From: Zootoca vivipara
Taxonomy: Eukaryota
Assembly: GCF_963506605.1 (NCBI RefSeq)
Contig: NC_083284.1
Location: 39,866,001 to 39,930,000, forward strand
Direction of reading: 5' to 3'
DNA: 64,000 nt
Shown: in pieces, positions 39,012 to 50,250 of the stretch
Numbering within the stretch: position 1 is the stretch's first letter
Layout: every line of letters starts with the position of its first letter
Translations under genes and position numbers: made by a program
The notes under the pieces: generated by a model
What the model was told of the DNA's origin: nothing
Database searches by the model: none
The model's input: the letters and a program-made list of their open reading frames with translations, nothing else

Positions 39012-39252
39012 CAGTGGTACCTTGGTTTAAGAACAGCCCTGTTTATGAACTATTTGGTTTATGAACTCCGCAAAACTGGAAGTAGTGTCCCGGTTTGTGA
39101 ACTTTACCTCGGTCTAAGAACGGAATCTGAACGGTGGAAGGGCAGCAGCGGTGGGAGGCCTCATTAAGGAAAGCGCACCTCGATATAAGAACGCTTTTGG
39201 TTTAAGAACAGACTTCCGGAACGGATTAAGTTCGTAAACCGAGGTACCAATG
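39012..39252. mobile_element. Tc1/mariner-type MITE
   Basis: TIRs cagtggtaccttggttta / taaaccgaggtaccaatg. Confidence 0.85.
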
Positions 39253-40184
39253 TAAAACAAAGTTATTTTTTCCTTACTTACGCCTGTCCCAATTTTCTCC
39301 TGTTTTATTTTTTCTATATACTTCCAGCATAAATGTAATGTTTTGTTCATCTCTTGATGTGCATGCAGGGTTTCTGCATGTGTAAGTGCCACAACCCTCA
39401 CCAAGGGGCAACTCCACCCAAATAGCTAAAATGGGGGAAGCCATATATTTGTGGGCAGGTGTGTAGGAAATGCACACTGAAGACTCCAAAGTCACAATAC
39501 TGTGATCAGGGTGACTGCTTATAAACGTGAGCGTGCTTTGTTTACAAAGGTGGACCTGGCAGCAGGTGCTCGCCTCCCATCCTCCCATTGTGAATCCGGT
39601 GTAACATGTTTTGGTCTTGCTACTACCTCCAGCATTAATTGGCGTCCCAGCCTTGTCCCTCCGCACAAATAGGCTGGGTCTGCTGTATGGAACCTAGGAA
39701 TCCTCACTACCGACACTGCAGGTATATGGAATTGAAAATGAAATGAGAAACAATATTTAACTGAAAGCAAGAATGGAAGCTGCAGTGGCTTCAGCTTGAG
39801 AAACACAGTTCTTTCTCTCTCTCGTGTGTATGTTAGCTACTGTGCAATATCTTTTACATATTCAAAGTACTAAAACCAGAGGCTTTTTGGAGTGGAGGCA
39901 GGGAGCGCTGCTAGGGCTGGGGTCTCTTCTTACACGGTACCAGGATTTCTCCAAGTGTTCTAGCAAATGCAGGGGGTTTGAGCAAGGGGCACCCAAGTGC
40001 AAAAAGAATTAGTGAGAAGTGGCACATGGCATAGCGTTTCAATTGCGGTTTGATAGTGGAAAGAGTAAATGTGAAAACGTGATGGCATCTCAAGTGGCTC
40101 TGTTTAACTGGATCCAGTTTGTGTGTGTGTGTGTGTGTGTCCCTGTGGCCTTTCATTCATTCACTAGTCTATACTATTGTATAG

Positions 40185-40300
40185 GGACGTTTTAATGTTT
40201 GATCATTTTATTATGCTTTTATATTTGCTGGAAGCCTCCCAGAGTGGCTGCGGCAACCTGGTCAGCTGGGCAAGGTACAAATAATAAATTATTATTATTA
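40185..40300 (+). mobile_element. L2 LINE 3' end
   Basis: gaagcctcccagagtggctg...ggtacaaataataaattattatt is the reverse complement of the L2 tail at 41525. Confidence 0.75.
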
Positions 40301-40568
40301 GTAGTAGTAGTAGTATGGCCACCCAACCTCTTAGATCACTCTGTTTTCGCCTCCTAGGTCCTTGGCCACTCTGCTTTATGTTCAGGGACATAGCTGAACA
40401 TATTGAGAAGCAAACTAAGTTAAAGGAAGAAGTGGAAGAGAGTGTTGCTCTTTGAACTCCCTCCTTCAGCACTTTTCAAGGGGGAAGGGAAGGGTAAGCA
40501 TTTTTAGCACCTCATGGCAGGTGGGTGGGTACACATATTGAAGTATGAATGGATTCAGGTTGTAGTAG

Positions 40569-40572
<4 letters not shown>

Positions 40573-40616
<44 letters not shown>
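40573..40616. repeat. (TG)n microsatellite
   Basis: Read directly from sequence. Confidence 0.97.
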
Positions 40617-40619
<3 letters not shown>

Positions 40620-41309
40620 ATTCAGATCAGACATACTGAAATCAATAGACTTAAAGTCGATTTTTTTTCTGTGGATCTACTCTGAGTATAACCATCAAAT
40701 GATTGGGAATAATAATGAAATAAAGCATTAGAGCCTGGAATGGAAGTTGTGAAATTATCTATCCTAGAGTTTCTTCAGGAGATGGGATGATAAGCATCTT
40801 CTGGGAGCGACTGTAGTGGGAAATTTTATCCCTGGAGAGAGTTTGACACTGACCATCAAGGTTCCTTTTCACTTGTCTAATATGATACATTATTAGTATG
40901 TGAGTAGCCCATAGATTTCAAAGGGATTGCTTTCATGTAATTGTCAGGCTGGTTGAGCACAAAGTGTGGAATGTCAGGAATGTATGCTAATTGCAATTTA
41001 AATTGTTATTCAACTACCAAGCAACCAGGTATCCACAGACATAATTAATTTCCTTCACGTTGTGTAATACATTTTTATCCCTCTGCGTTTGCTTCATATT
41101 ATAAAACAAAAAATATTACACAGCCACGGACCTGGTAGAAGTTTCTTACTTGTCAACCCACTACCCATCTCCTTTAGATTCAAATTCATCCTATTTTAGC
41201 CTTCTGCTTCTTTCCTGTGCAGCTATATACAGGGTGATTCACTCATATCCCCTTTCAAATATCTCCCCCCCCCCCTGCACAAATATGTCTTGTACCTGTT
41301 TTGGGCATA

Positions 41310-41515
41310 ACCTCTGAGGATCATCTTGTCCAACCCCCTGCAATGCAGGAATCTCAGCTAAAGCATCCATGACAGATGGCCATCCAACCTCTGCTTAGAA
41401 ACCTCCAAGGAAGAAGACTCCATCCCCTTCCAAGGAGGACCATTCTACTGTCAGAAAGTTCTTCCTGATGTTTAGTCAGAATTTTTTTTCTTGTAACGTG
41501 AATCCATTGGTTTCG
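41310..41515 (-). mobile_element. CR1 LINE 3' fragment
   Basis: gatcatcttgtccaaccccctgcaatgcagg...ccatccaacctctgctt...agaaagttcttcctgatgtttag, typical of the CR1 ORF2 end and 3' UTR. Confidence 0.85.
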
Positions 41516-41524
41516 GACATAGCT

Positions 41525-41860
41525 AATAATAATAATAATTTATTATTTATACCCCGCCCATCCGGCTGGTTTTCCCCAGCCACTCTGGGCGGCTTCCAAC
41601 AGAAGAATAAAATAACCGATTAAAGATTAAAAGCCTCTCTAAACAGGGCTGCCTTCAGATGTCTTCTAAAAATCTGGTAGCTGTTTTTCTCTTTGACATC
41701 TGATGGGAGGGCGTTCCACAGGATGGGTGCCACTACTGAGAAGGCCCTCTGCCTGGTCCCTGCAACTTGGCTTCTCGCAGTGAGGGAATTGCCAGAAGGC
41801 CCTCGGCACTGGACCTCAGTGTCCGGGCAGAATGATGGGGGTGGAGACGCTCCTTCAGGT
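41525..41860 (-). mobile_element. L2 LINE 3' fragment
   Basis: AAT tail, then tataccccgccc...ctgccttcagatgtcttctaaa...gggagggcgttccacagg (encodes the LWNALP motif on the minus strand). Confidence 0.85.
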
Positions 41861-42752
41861 GAAACCCTAGCCCTGTCTACACAGAATGTAGAATGAATTC
41901 AGTGGGGCTATCTCCTACATAAGTGGGGTTAGGATTACAGTCTTTCTATACAAAGCCAAGAATCCTATCCGTTGCTCCACACACTGTTCCCTCTGGCCTC
42001 ACCCTCCACTAGGATGCGCTCCTTGAAACGTTGCAGAAGATGGAATGCAGCACCCAGCTGAAAAAAAAATTCCCACATAGATCTCAGTGACTTTTAGTAC
42101 GTAAGTGGACTCCTCTCCAGTAATTCTAGTGAATCCCATTTTCAGTTTGCATTCATGAAATCCAGCATAAAAGGACTTCAGTGAAGGGAATAAATGCAGA
42201 ACAGGATATACCATAGCTTTACCTTATCCTTTGTCGGTCACATTCTAATTGCTCTTCAAAACTTTACAGAAACTCTCAAAAGTGTGTCTCAAGACATTTT
42301 AGTCTCCAATGTAGAGTACATTCTTAGCTACGGAAGCCAATTAGTCTGAAAGTTGAATCCTACTCCATCACTAGCAATGGGATAGCATTCTCTACCATAT
42401 CACACCTGAAGCAACAGACTAATGGCCGGGGGTGGGGGGGAGCACAGCAGTGGCAGACCTTGGGGCCAAAAATTCCAGCAGCACCCTGTGCAACACTAAA
42501 ACAACTGCCTACCACCAGCAACCATCTAAGGTGTTTGCATAAGGTGGCTTTAGGGTAATGCGACCGGTTCGGCCACACTGGGTGCTGCACTGCAGAGGGT
42601 GCCACAACAATACTGTAGAATGGAGTGCAAATGGCAGAGGGCTCTGAACTGCAGCATTGAACAGGGCACCATTGGTAGTTGCTTCCCTCTGCCTAATGGC
42701 CCTAGCTGCTGTCCAGGGGTCCTTTTACCTTTTTCTACCATGAAGCAGCGAA

Positions 42753-43114
42753 GGGACCCAGGTGGTGCTGTGGGTTAAACCACTGAGCCTAGGGCTTGCT
42801 GATCAGAAGGTCGGTGGTTCAAATCCCTGTGACGGGGTGAACTCCCGTTGCTTGGTCCCAGCTCCTGCCAACCTAGCAGTTCGAAAGCACGTCAAAGTGC
42901 AAGTAGATAAATAGGAACCGCTACAGCGGGAAGGTAAACGGCGTTTCCATGTGCTGCTCTGGTTTGCCAGAAGCGACTTTGTCATGCTGGCCACATGACC
43001 TGGAAGCTGTACGCCGGCTCCTTTGGCCAATAACGCGAGATGAGCACCACAAACCCAGAGTCGGTCACGACTGGACCTAATGGTCAGGGGTCCCTTTACC
43101 TTTACCTTTACCTT
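42753..43114 (+). mobile_element. Sauria SINE, full length, about 0.5 kb upstream of the FHDC1 CpG island
   Basis: Consensus match, (ACCTTT)3 tail. 17-bp TSD taccatgaagcagc(g/a)aa. Confidence 0.93.
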
Positions 43115-43499
43115 TACCATGAAGCAGCAAAAAGGCTTGCTTGTGTGCAGACAATGGGCCTGGCTTCTTTTGTTCTGTTCTCTTTACCAATCACTGCCCT
43201 ATAGAGACTGTTGTGACCCCAGCTTTCCTCCAGAACTTTCCCCCTGTACTTGCCTGCCTCAATGACCCTTGTAGACGTGGTCTACTCAGAAGCAAGCCCC
43301 ATGGAGCTCAATGGGACCCACTCCCAAATCAGGATCTGTAAGGGTCCGTTGAGTCCAGTGGGGACCTATTCCTCCCCAGTGTAGGATCTGAGAGCCCCAC
43401 TGAGTTCAATGGGAGGTCCTCTCCGTATAAAACTCCCAGCTCGCATCCGGGGCACCACGGTTTGCTTGCCTCTCAACTTTGGCCATTCATTCCCACCGG

Positions 43500-45500
43500 A
43501 GCCTGGTCGAACCGAGAGGCTGGGAGGAGGAAGAAAAGAACCTATATAGCCAGAATGTCCCCAGCACCAGCCTTTCGGCTTGACTCGGAGAACAGGCTGG
43601 TGGCGTTACCTGAAACAGCCCCGCCTAACGCCGCGCCTGCGCGGTGCCGCCTCCCTCCTCCGCCCGGGCCGCAGTGAGAGCGAAGGGAGGAGGCAGAGCA
43701 GGGGAGGCGGCGGCGGCGCAGCAGCTCTCTCTTCGCAAGAGTTGGACAGGCAGCGAGAAGGACTCCGGAGTCCGCGAAGGAGTCCCGGGTGGCCGAGGGC
43801 GGCGCGCACACAGCTGGGGGGGCTGGGTAAGTCGAGGCAGCAGCAGCACCCGCTCCGTCTGGGAAGGCGACGCGTAGACGGGTGGGGGGGGGCGGCAGTG
43901 GCTCTTTCCAGGGACAGGTTCTCTAGCCCTGTGCGGCTAAGCGGGGGCTTCCCACACCCGCTCCCCGCCCCTTCGCTTCATCCCGGTAGGGGTGTCTCGG
44001 TGCGCATCTTCCATGGGACCACGGAGCTGCTTTCCTCGAAATTGCGACCTGGTAGCAATCCCGCCCCGCGCGACATCCTGGGCACTGCAATCTAGTAATC
44101 CGATCTGTAGGTGTCCAGGAGGAAATTAAAATCCGGGCACGGGGCCTTGGACGAGGGAGGACCCGGCTTTTTTTTTGGTCCTCTAGAATAACAGAAGCCG
44201 TGAAACCTCCCCTCCCCACGGCCCATTTAAAACCTATTCATCGCTGAGCCCCGGCAGAGGCTGCTGTAATTATGATTAGACGGCAGCAGGCTGGCTCTCC
44301 GGGGATCCTGGGCGCCCCCCGGGTGAATCTCCTTCCCAGATTTCTCCTCGCTCGCTCGGGGTCTGCTGGGTCCTCCTCGAGGGCAGCAGAAATGTTTGCT
44401 GGCGTTACGAGGAGGAGATCTGCGGCTTTCCGCCCGCCGGGTCGCGCGACTCCGCTGGCGAGCGTGAAAGGGGAGGGGAGGCTGAGCGGACCCTGCAAGG
44501 GCAGAGGAGCGCAGCAGCCTCGGCCTGGCTCTCCGGGCGTTGAAAGATAATTTTCTTTTTGCTGAAGTTGGAAGTCTGTAGCTGCTTCTCCCCCGCTCCA
44601 ATTAGTGTGAGGTGGAAGCGAAACAGGGAGGGAAGGAAGAAACCTCTCCCCCCCCCCCGCGCCCTCTCCACACTTTTAAAATACGCCGCGTATTGGTGAC
44701 CCTTTGATTGCAGCCGCCTCGGCCGCCTCTTGTCTCCTCAGGGCTGACCTAAGGCTGCCAAACGCGATGCTCTTATTGCCCTTTTCCTGGGAACCATAAA
44801 GTTGGACGCGGGGTGAGGCCGGGAGAGCGAGCGAGCGAGACGGCGCACGTGAGAGGAGGACTTGGCCGGCTGGCGGCGAGAGTTGGCGGTGGGAAGCTGC
44901 CGCTGGGTGTCCTTTCCCGGGGAGTCACCCTCCGCTCTGTCTCCCGCCGCGCATCCCCCCCCCCGCCCGGCCAGCCTCGCGCGCTTCCCTCGGGCTGTGA
45001 GGGGAGGAAAACGGCGGAGATCTGATTACAAAGCGCCGAGGCCACCTTGGAGCAGCCGCTGCCGCCGCCGCAAGGTGCCTGAGGAGCTCGTGTGGGGAGG
45101 GGGGACGACGAGGAGGACAGGGCCCTGGGGAGCGCGCCGGGAAAACAATAGGGCTGCGGAGAGGGCGAGGGGGGCGATTTTTCTTTCACACCCCGTCGAG
45201 GAAGGAGTGTGAGGAGAGGAGGAGGACGCCTCAGCCGCCGCCGCCCGCGGGGAAAGGAGCTCTGGCTACGGGAGAAGGAGGGCGAGCTAAGGAAACGCCA
45301 GTGTGGGAACTCCTGAGCCGGCGGGAGGCGGAGGTCTTGGGACCGCGCACGGGGCAGCGGGGGATTCGGGGCGTCTGCCGCCGCCTGGGCTGCTTTGGCG
45401 GCGGCCGAGGTCTCTTGGCTGCCGCGGCTCCCGAGGGGGCGGCAATCTGGTCTAGGCTGCCGCCTCGCCCCATCTGAAGAGAAGAGCTCTCCTCCAACTT
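43500..45500. promoter_or_regulatory. FHDC1: CpG island / FHDC1 promoter region (bipartite, about 43.55-44.1 kb and 44.3-45.5 kb)
   Basis: Very high GC and CpG density against an AT-rich background. GC boxes (ccccgcc at 43619), TATA-like ctatatag at about 43542, reverse CCAAT (attgg) at about 44692. Lies upstream of the first FHDC1 coding exon. Confidence 0.85.
43672..43826 (+). other. FHDC1: Putative non-coding first exon of FHDC1
   Basis: Strong donor CTGG|gtaagt at 43827 inside the CpG island. The start is guessed from an Inr-like CAGT. Confidence 0.55.
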
Positions 45501-45596
45501 GGTCTCTCTTGGCGGTGGGCTTGTTATTTTTAATTGGCCTGTTCTTTTCTTCTCCCCCCCTCCAGGATCCGCCCTGAAACAAAACAAGCAATTAAG

Positions 45597-45597
45597 A

Positions 45598-45643
<46 letters not shown>
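45597..45643. repeat. (AAT)n microsatellite at the CpG island edge
   Basis: Read directly from sequence. Confidence 0.95.
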
Positions 45644-45647
<4 letters not shown>

Positions 45648-46591
45648 GGCTGGGGAGGGTGATGATGAGGGAAGGGGCGTTTTACACTTTTGTTGCCGTT
45701 CATCCAAAAGTAGGGGCCAGGACTCGAGGAGGGAGAAGAGTCTGTCTCGGTTTTTGGTTTTTTTTGTTAAATCACACCACACTCCCTATAAAACACGGGC
45801 TAACAATGGAGTTTCCAATTTCAAGTGTTGCATCCAGGCAACGATTGTTAACCAAACCAGGAGCGGGGCAAACTTAGGTGAACCTTTTTCTTAATGATCA
45901 ACTAGTAGTCGCATTTTCATGCCCAGCCCCTCTTGGGTGGTCTTGGGTGGACAAGACAATTCTATTCTTCCGAGTTCATGCCCCCTCCACTTTTGCTTTT
46001 ATTAGCACGGAGGAGGTGCCTTTTAGCTGGTGAAGTGCAGGTTGCAAGTACTGTAAGCAAAAGAGAAATTAAAATTGTTTTTCAGATATTTAAGGGTGGG
46101 GTGTATTTTTTTCCTGTTGCAAAAACATGCTTTTTTACAACCTCCAGTAGCCTTAAATTGCATGTTGTGCTGCTAGCCAGAGGGACATTTGGGTTAATTG
46201 CTTGAGCTAGGACTATAATATTTCTTTTGGTCTGATTTATACAAAGTGTGTTGCTTTTAAGAGAACTCTTTTTTTATTCCAGAAGGTATCTTAAGGTTAA
46301 TTCAAGGTGCTGAAACCCCATCCTTTTAGTGGCTTACTGGTGGTAGCCCCAAAGAAAACTAGTGTGTCACTATATCTCAGCATCTTCTTTAAAGAGAGTT
46401 GTACATAGGCTTCTGGGGAGGATATTCTCTCCAACTTTGCAAATTCAATTTTGGAAAGCAACATTTGAGAAGAGGGTGCTCTGAGGTTACAGGTGCCTGC
46501 CAGTAGATGCCAGCAGCAAAATCACCAATAACATCCACACATCATTTTGCTTTCAGTAGTTGTGCTACCAGAAGTAATATTCACCTGGTTA

Positions 46592-47768
46592 CCGTGTTTC
46601 CCCTTTTTTAAGACGTAGTCAGAAAGTAAGCCATGGCAGCATTTTTTATCATTAGTGAAATCTAAGACACCCCCCGAAAATAAGACATACCTCCATGCGA
46701 GACCGCCAAGCGCCCCAGCCAGCCAGAGGGGCCTGGAACCGGCTGCTGTTGCTGCAGTGAACGCATGGAGCGCCCTGCAGCACCTGGCCTCTTTTTTTCT
46801 TTTCTTTTTTTTGGGCTGCCCGAGGCCTGCCGCCCCGCCACCGGAACCGGCGGCTGCAGAGCGGAGCGCTCCGAAACAGCGAGCGCTCGGAGCGCCCTGC
46901 AGCACCTGGCTTCTTCTTTTGCGGGGGGGGGGGGAGCTGCCCGAGGCCTGCCGCCCCGCCGCCGGAACCGGCGGCTGCAGAGCAGAGCGCTCCGAAGCGC
47001 CGAGCGCTCGGAGCGCCCTGCAGCGCCTGGCCTCTTCTTTTTTTGGGGGGGAGGAGCTGCCCGAGGCCTGCCGCCCCGCCGCCGAAACCGGCGGCTGCAG
47101 AGCAGAGCGCTCCGAAGCGCCGAGCGCTCGGAGCGCCCTGCAGCGCCTGGCCTCTTCTTTTTTTGGGGGGGAGGAGCTGCCCGAGGCCTGCCGCCCCGCC
47201 GCCGAAACCGGCGGCTGCAGAGCGGAGCACTCCGAAGCGCCGAGCGCTCGGAGCGCCCTGCAGCGCCTGGCCTCTTCTTTTTTTTTGGGGGGGAGGAGCT
47301 GCCCAAGGCCTGCCGCCCCGCCGCCGGAACCGGCGGCTGCAGAGCGGAGCACTCCGAAGCGCCGAGCGCTCGGAGCGCCCTGCAGCGCCTGGCCTCTTCT
47401 CTTTTTGTTTGGCTGCCCGAGGCCGGCGGCTGCAGAGCGGAGCGCTCCGAAGCGCCGAGCGCTCGGAGCCCCCTGCAGCGCCTGGCCTCTTCTTTTGGGG
47501 GGAGAGCTGCCCGAGGCCTGCCCCCCGCCGCCGGAACCAGCGGTCTGCAGCGCCGAGCGCCCGGAGCGCCCAGCAGCGCTGGGCGGAGCGCCGAGCCAGC
47601 AGCCTGCCGCCTCGGTGCCGCGCAGAGCGCCCAGCAGCACCCCGAGCCAGTGGCCTGGCCCTTCCGAGGAGGCCTTAAGGTACAAGGCATCCCCTGAAAA
47701 TAAGACACCGTCTGTTTTTTTGAGTAAAAAAAGTTATAAGACGGTGTCTTAAAAAGGGGGAAACACGG
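46592..47768. mobile_element. Young Tc1/mariner (pogo/Tigger-like) non-autonomous element carrying a GC-rich minisatellite
   Basis: 23-bp TIRs ccgtgtttccccttttttaagac / gtcttaaaaagggggaaacacgg (1 mismatch). TA on both sides. Subterminal gaaaataagac motifs. Confidence 0.88.
46768..47560. repeat. About 120-bp GC-rich tandem repeat, about 6.5 units
   Basis: Units start near 46768, 46890, 47011, 47131, 47251, 47373 and 47466. The central units are nearly identical. Confidence 0.95.
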
Positions 47769-48759
47769 TAGTACAATATTGTGGTTTTCAGCAATGAGAA
47801 ACTGAAAATTGCCAGCAATGGATTTGCTTCTGAGCAATGGAGTATTATGTGAATTGCTGGCAAGGAACAATTAGCATTAGCATTGCATGGAAAGATTCAG
47901 TGCTTTTCCATGGAAATAACATGGACTTTATTCCCAGTTTAAATGTATAGGATTGGGCTATATCTTTTAGTATGCTAAGCAAAACAGGCTTGTGTTCCTT
48001 TCTTTTTGGGAAGGAGTAGGATTCCAAGTGCCATTTATTGAGCTCCTGCTAATGCATAACAGTAGTTCTGGTTAGTTGCTCTCTTTACCCATTTTGTATG
48101 GATGATGTTATTGGGGTACTGAGTTGAAAGGCTGTGTTATATATGAAACTTAAGACATCACAGTTCTGATATGGAAGCATGTATTTTGACTTGAGTCTAT
48201 TCTGCACTCATTGCTTGTGGCAGGATCTCTGCCTCCTATGCTCGCTTTATATTGAATACAGCTGAATATTGCTGAGTAGACCTTTTATTTTATTTTACAG
48301 ATATTTTAATGGTAGCCTGTTTGTTTGGAAGAATATAAACAAATGGTGAAAAGGCAAATGTAGCTTATTTCTGGAGCAATCCCAATTTGTCTATGGATCC
48401 CTGGTGTTAATTACTATCAGACAGACCCAGACGAATGAACTATTTGTAATTTGTTGCTTAAACCTGGTGATGGTCTACTTGCTTTAGACTGGAATTCTGT
48501 TCTCTCTCATTAGTCTTGTCTCTATGAAATAATAAAGTATAAACTGGTCTTGCATATTCTAAGCAGCACCATTCCATTGCACAGTTGTCTTGTTCCTCTA
48601 GCACTTTTGGCATAATGTACTCAAAGGGATCTTTGCTGTGTACACAACATACATTTAAAGCAAATATTTTCCTTCAAAGAATGCAGGAATCTGTTGCCCC
48701 CTGCCCCCAAGCCACAGTTCCCAGGTTCCTCTGGGGAAAGTCATGTGCTTTAAATGTAT

Positions 48760-48905
48760 GGATTGCTCAGTTGGTTAGAGTATGGTGCTGATAATGCCAA
48801 GGTTGCAGGTTCGATCCCTGGCTGCATATTCCTGCATTGCAGGGGGTTGGATTAGATGATCCTCAGGGTCCCTTCTAACTCTACAATTCTATGATTCTGT
48901 GATTC
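48760..48905 (+). mobile_element. tRNA-Ile-derived SINE with CR1-type 3' tail
   Basis: Head gctcagttggttagagtatggtgctgataatgccaaggttgcaggttcgatccc. Tail cctgcattgcagggggttggattagatgatcc...(attctatg)n. Confidence 0.85.
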
Positions 48906-50090
48906 CATTCAGCCTTGTGTGTCACTTTTGCAGCAAGGTGTTCAAGTTCCCCTGGTGTGGTACCATCAGTACAGAGGTCCTTGGTCCCACTAAGGAGGAG
49001 GAGCAGAGAGGCTCTTCAAACATAGCAGAGCTAGCACACCACAGTTTTGAAGCAAGTGAAGTGATACACGTTACCAGCTGGAAAGTGCCCCATTCCTCTC
49101 CAGAGTTCAGAATAACCTAACTGTGCCACTGTGCATCAGCTTTTACATTGCAAAGCAGTTCTGTGTATCTTTTTTGTGCAGAACACAGGTGTGTGTGTAT
49201 ATGCTATGTATGATGGTGCTGTGAGAGCGAGCCTTGGGTATGCACATCCCCCTCCTGGCCGCCCAGCATTCACTCACACCCTTTAATGTAAAGCAGGGCC
49301 CTATGTGAGGCTCACTACTGTACCCCACCTGTGTAACCTGAACACCTGGGTTGTATGGGAACCAACCCTAAGACCTCTTAGAATTGAAACGCCAGTTCCT
49401 TTCAGACTGGTTGTTCAGGCTGTTATCCCACATGCAGCAAAGTGTGTGGCAATAGCCTCCAGTTTTACTCTCGTACTTGCTTACAGGGTAGGAGACACCT
49501 GCTGAAGCAAATTGAGCAATAGTTTTCCAGGCTCCTGTGTAGTTTGATAAGTCTCATTTTCCTGAATCACTGGGGACTGTATGGTGAATTTGCCTTAAGG
49601 TAGACCTTGGGTAAAACGAGCATCAAAATAAAACCATGTAATTCCTTCTCCAATTGTTGGGTTTCCGTGCTGTGCCACAATGAAGTACACCCTTGCCTAA
49701 AGCAGATACAACTGACACAACTGTGTGCATGCATGGGTTTTTTTTGTGTTTATATATACACACACCCTGCAATAAACAAAAATTGGATGTTTTATCTAAA
49801 GTGAACCTTCAGCAAGACTAAGAAACATGCCTGTTTCAAACCTGAATTGAACTGAAATAAGATACTTCAAATATAGTTCTGGAAGCAAATTTATTGGGTT
49901 GTACTGTTTTAATAGTCAATTTCGTTCTCTGAAATGTTTTACCAGGAGAAGCCTAACCAAATCTAAAATTGGCTACAGAATCTGGAATTGAAATACCACA
50001 GTCAGATTTTCATCTGTGTCTGCTTAAATTCATTTTTATTATAACCTCTAGGTTTCCTTGAAAATTCTGGCATTATGTGGATTTGACAAC

Positions 50091-50250
50091 TGGATAGCTC
50101 AGTCCGTACCGTTAGAGCATGGTGCTGATGACACCAAGGTCACAGGTTCGATCCCCATATGGGGCAACTGCATATTTCTGCATTGCAGAGGGTTGGACTA
50201 GATGATCCTCAAGGCCCCTTCCAACTCTACAACCCTATTATTCCTATCCT
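50091..50250 (+). mobile_element. tRNA-Ile-derived SINE with CR1-type 3' tail
   Basis: Second copy of the 48760 family. Confidence 0.83.

Noticed and set aside
43462-45894. Many overlapping Arg/Pro/Gly-rich ORFs
   Set aside because: Expected by-product of a CpG island and an (AAT)n tract, with no recognisable protein.
46768-47560. CRISPR-like array
   Set aside because: There are no unique spacers, the units are plain tandem repeats, and the context is eukaryotic.
46522-47870. Long 192-402-aa ORFs on both strands
   Set aside because: They arise from a stop-free GC-rich 120-bp tandem repeat inside a MITE. The peptides are repetitive and carry no transposase or other domain motifs.
48760-48822. 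Functional tRNA genes (also 50091, 53263, 58126)
   Set aside because: Acceptor stems are broken and each runs into a SINE body or CR1 tail.
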